Assembly (NCBI GenBank): GCA_028023455.1
Contig: JAQFVV010000001.1
Coordinates: 26,598,001-26,662,000, forward strand
Direction of reading: 5' to 3'
DNA from: Epiperipatus broadwayi
Taxonomy: Eukaryota; Animalia; Onychophora
DNA length: 64,000 bases
The notes under the pieces are model-generated. The model was not told the DNA's origin, searched no databases, and worked only from the letters and a program-made list of their open reading frames with translations. The translations under genes were made by a program, and so were the position numbers. This document shows positions 63,563 to 64,000 of the stretch, in pieces (the first letter of the stretch is position 1; the number at the start of each line of letters is the position of its first letter).

Positions 63563-63855
63563 TGTAATTTTAGAATCTTAACTTTAGATTAGCACAGGTA
63601 TGGTGGCTTAATTAAAATTGTTTACTACAAATTAAAATCATAACAAAATTTATAATCAGCAAAAACTAATTCTTCATCTATATAAGTTTACGACTTAGCT
63701 AATTTTAAGAGGATATTATCATAAATTTAAGATTTTAAGTTTAGACTCATGCCATACTAGCACAGGTGCAGTGGTCTAATTAAAGTTGTTTACTACAAAT
63801 GAAAATAAAAACAGAATTTATAATCAGCATAAAACTAATTCTTCTACTATATATT
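63563..63855. repeat. ~168-bp imperfect direct repeat, two copies
   Basis: TAGCACAGGT...GTGG..TAATTAAA.TTGTTTACTACAAAT...TTTATAATCAGC..AAACTAATTCTTC occurs at ~63590 and ~63758. Confidence 0.85.
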
Positions 63856-64000
63856 TTAACGGTCAATGAAAAAGCCTTAAACGTATCCACACTACACGGG
63901 CGCCATCTAGGCATTTGAACCTAGAAAAATTTATATAGTAGGCAGATACGTAAGTTAAGATTAAAAAAAAATCTTATATATTATTCTGACCGTTTGCCCA

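Overview
Very AT-rich eukaryotic DNA, most likely from an invertebrate animal (inference: large spliceosomal introns plus Penelope-like, RTE, L1/Tx1 and hAT elements). It is mostly transposon debris. One host gene is well supported on the minus strand. Three exons (42408-42276, 13183-13011, 9649-9341) have canonical GT-AG sites and matching phases. They splice into the 204-aa C-terminal part of a single-pass membrane protein with tandem cysteine-rich three-finger-like (ET-module/Ly6/activin-receptor-ectodomain-like) domains and a short tail with no kinase; its 5' exons were not found. The 29-kb intron holds a decayed hAT transposon, a ~4.9-kb nested palindrome built from four Penelope-like element (PLE) fragments, LTR-like repeats, MITEs and a TSD-flanked retrozyme-like insertion. 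That insertion has a ~455-nt monomer with a near-canonical hammerhead ribozyme core in the same orientation as the host pre-mRNA. Degenerate hammerhead motifs of at least three unrelated families occur in the window. No rRNA, intact tRNA or CRISPR array was seen. All translations and alignments were done by eye; boundaries of decayed elements are approximate.
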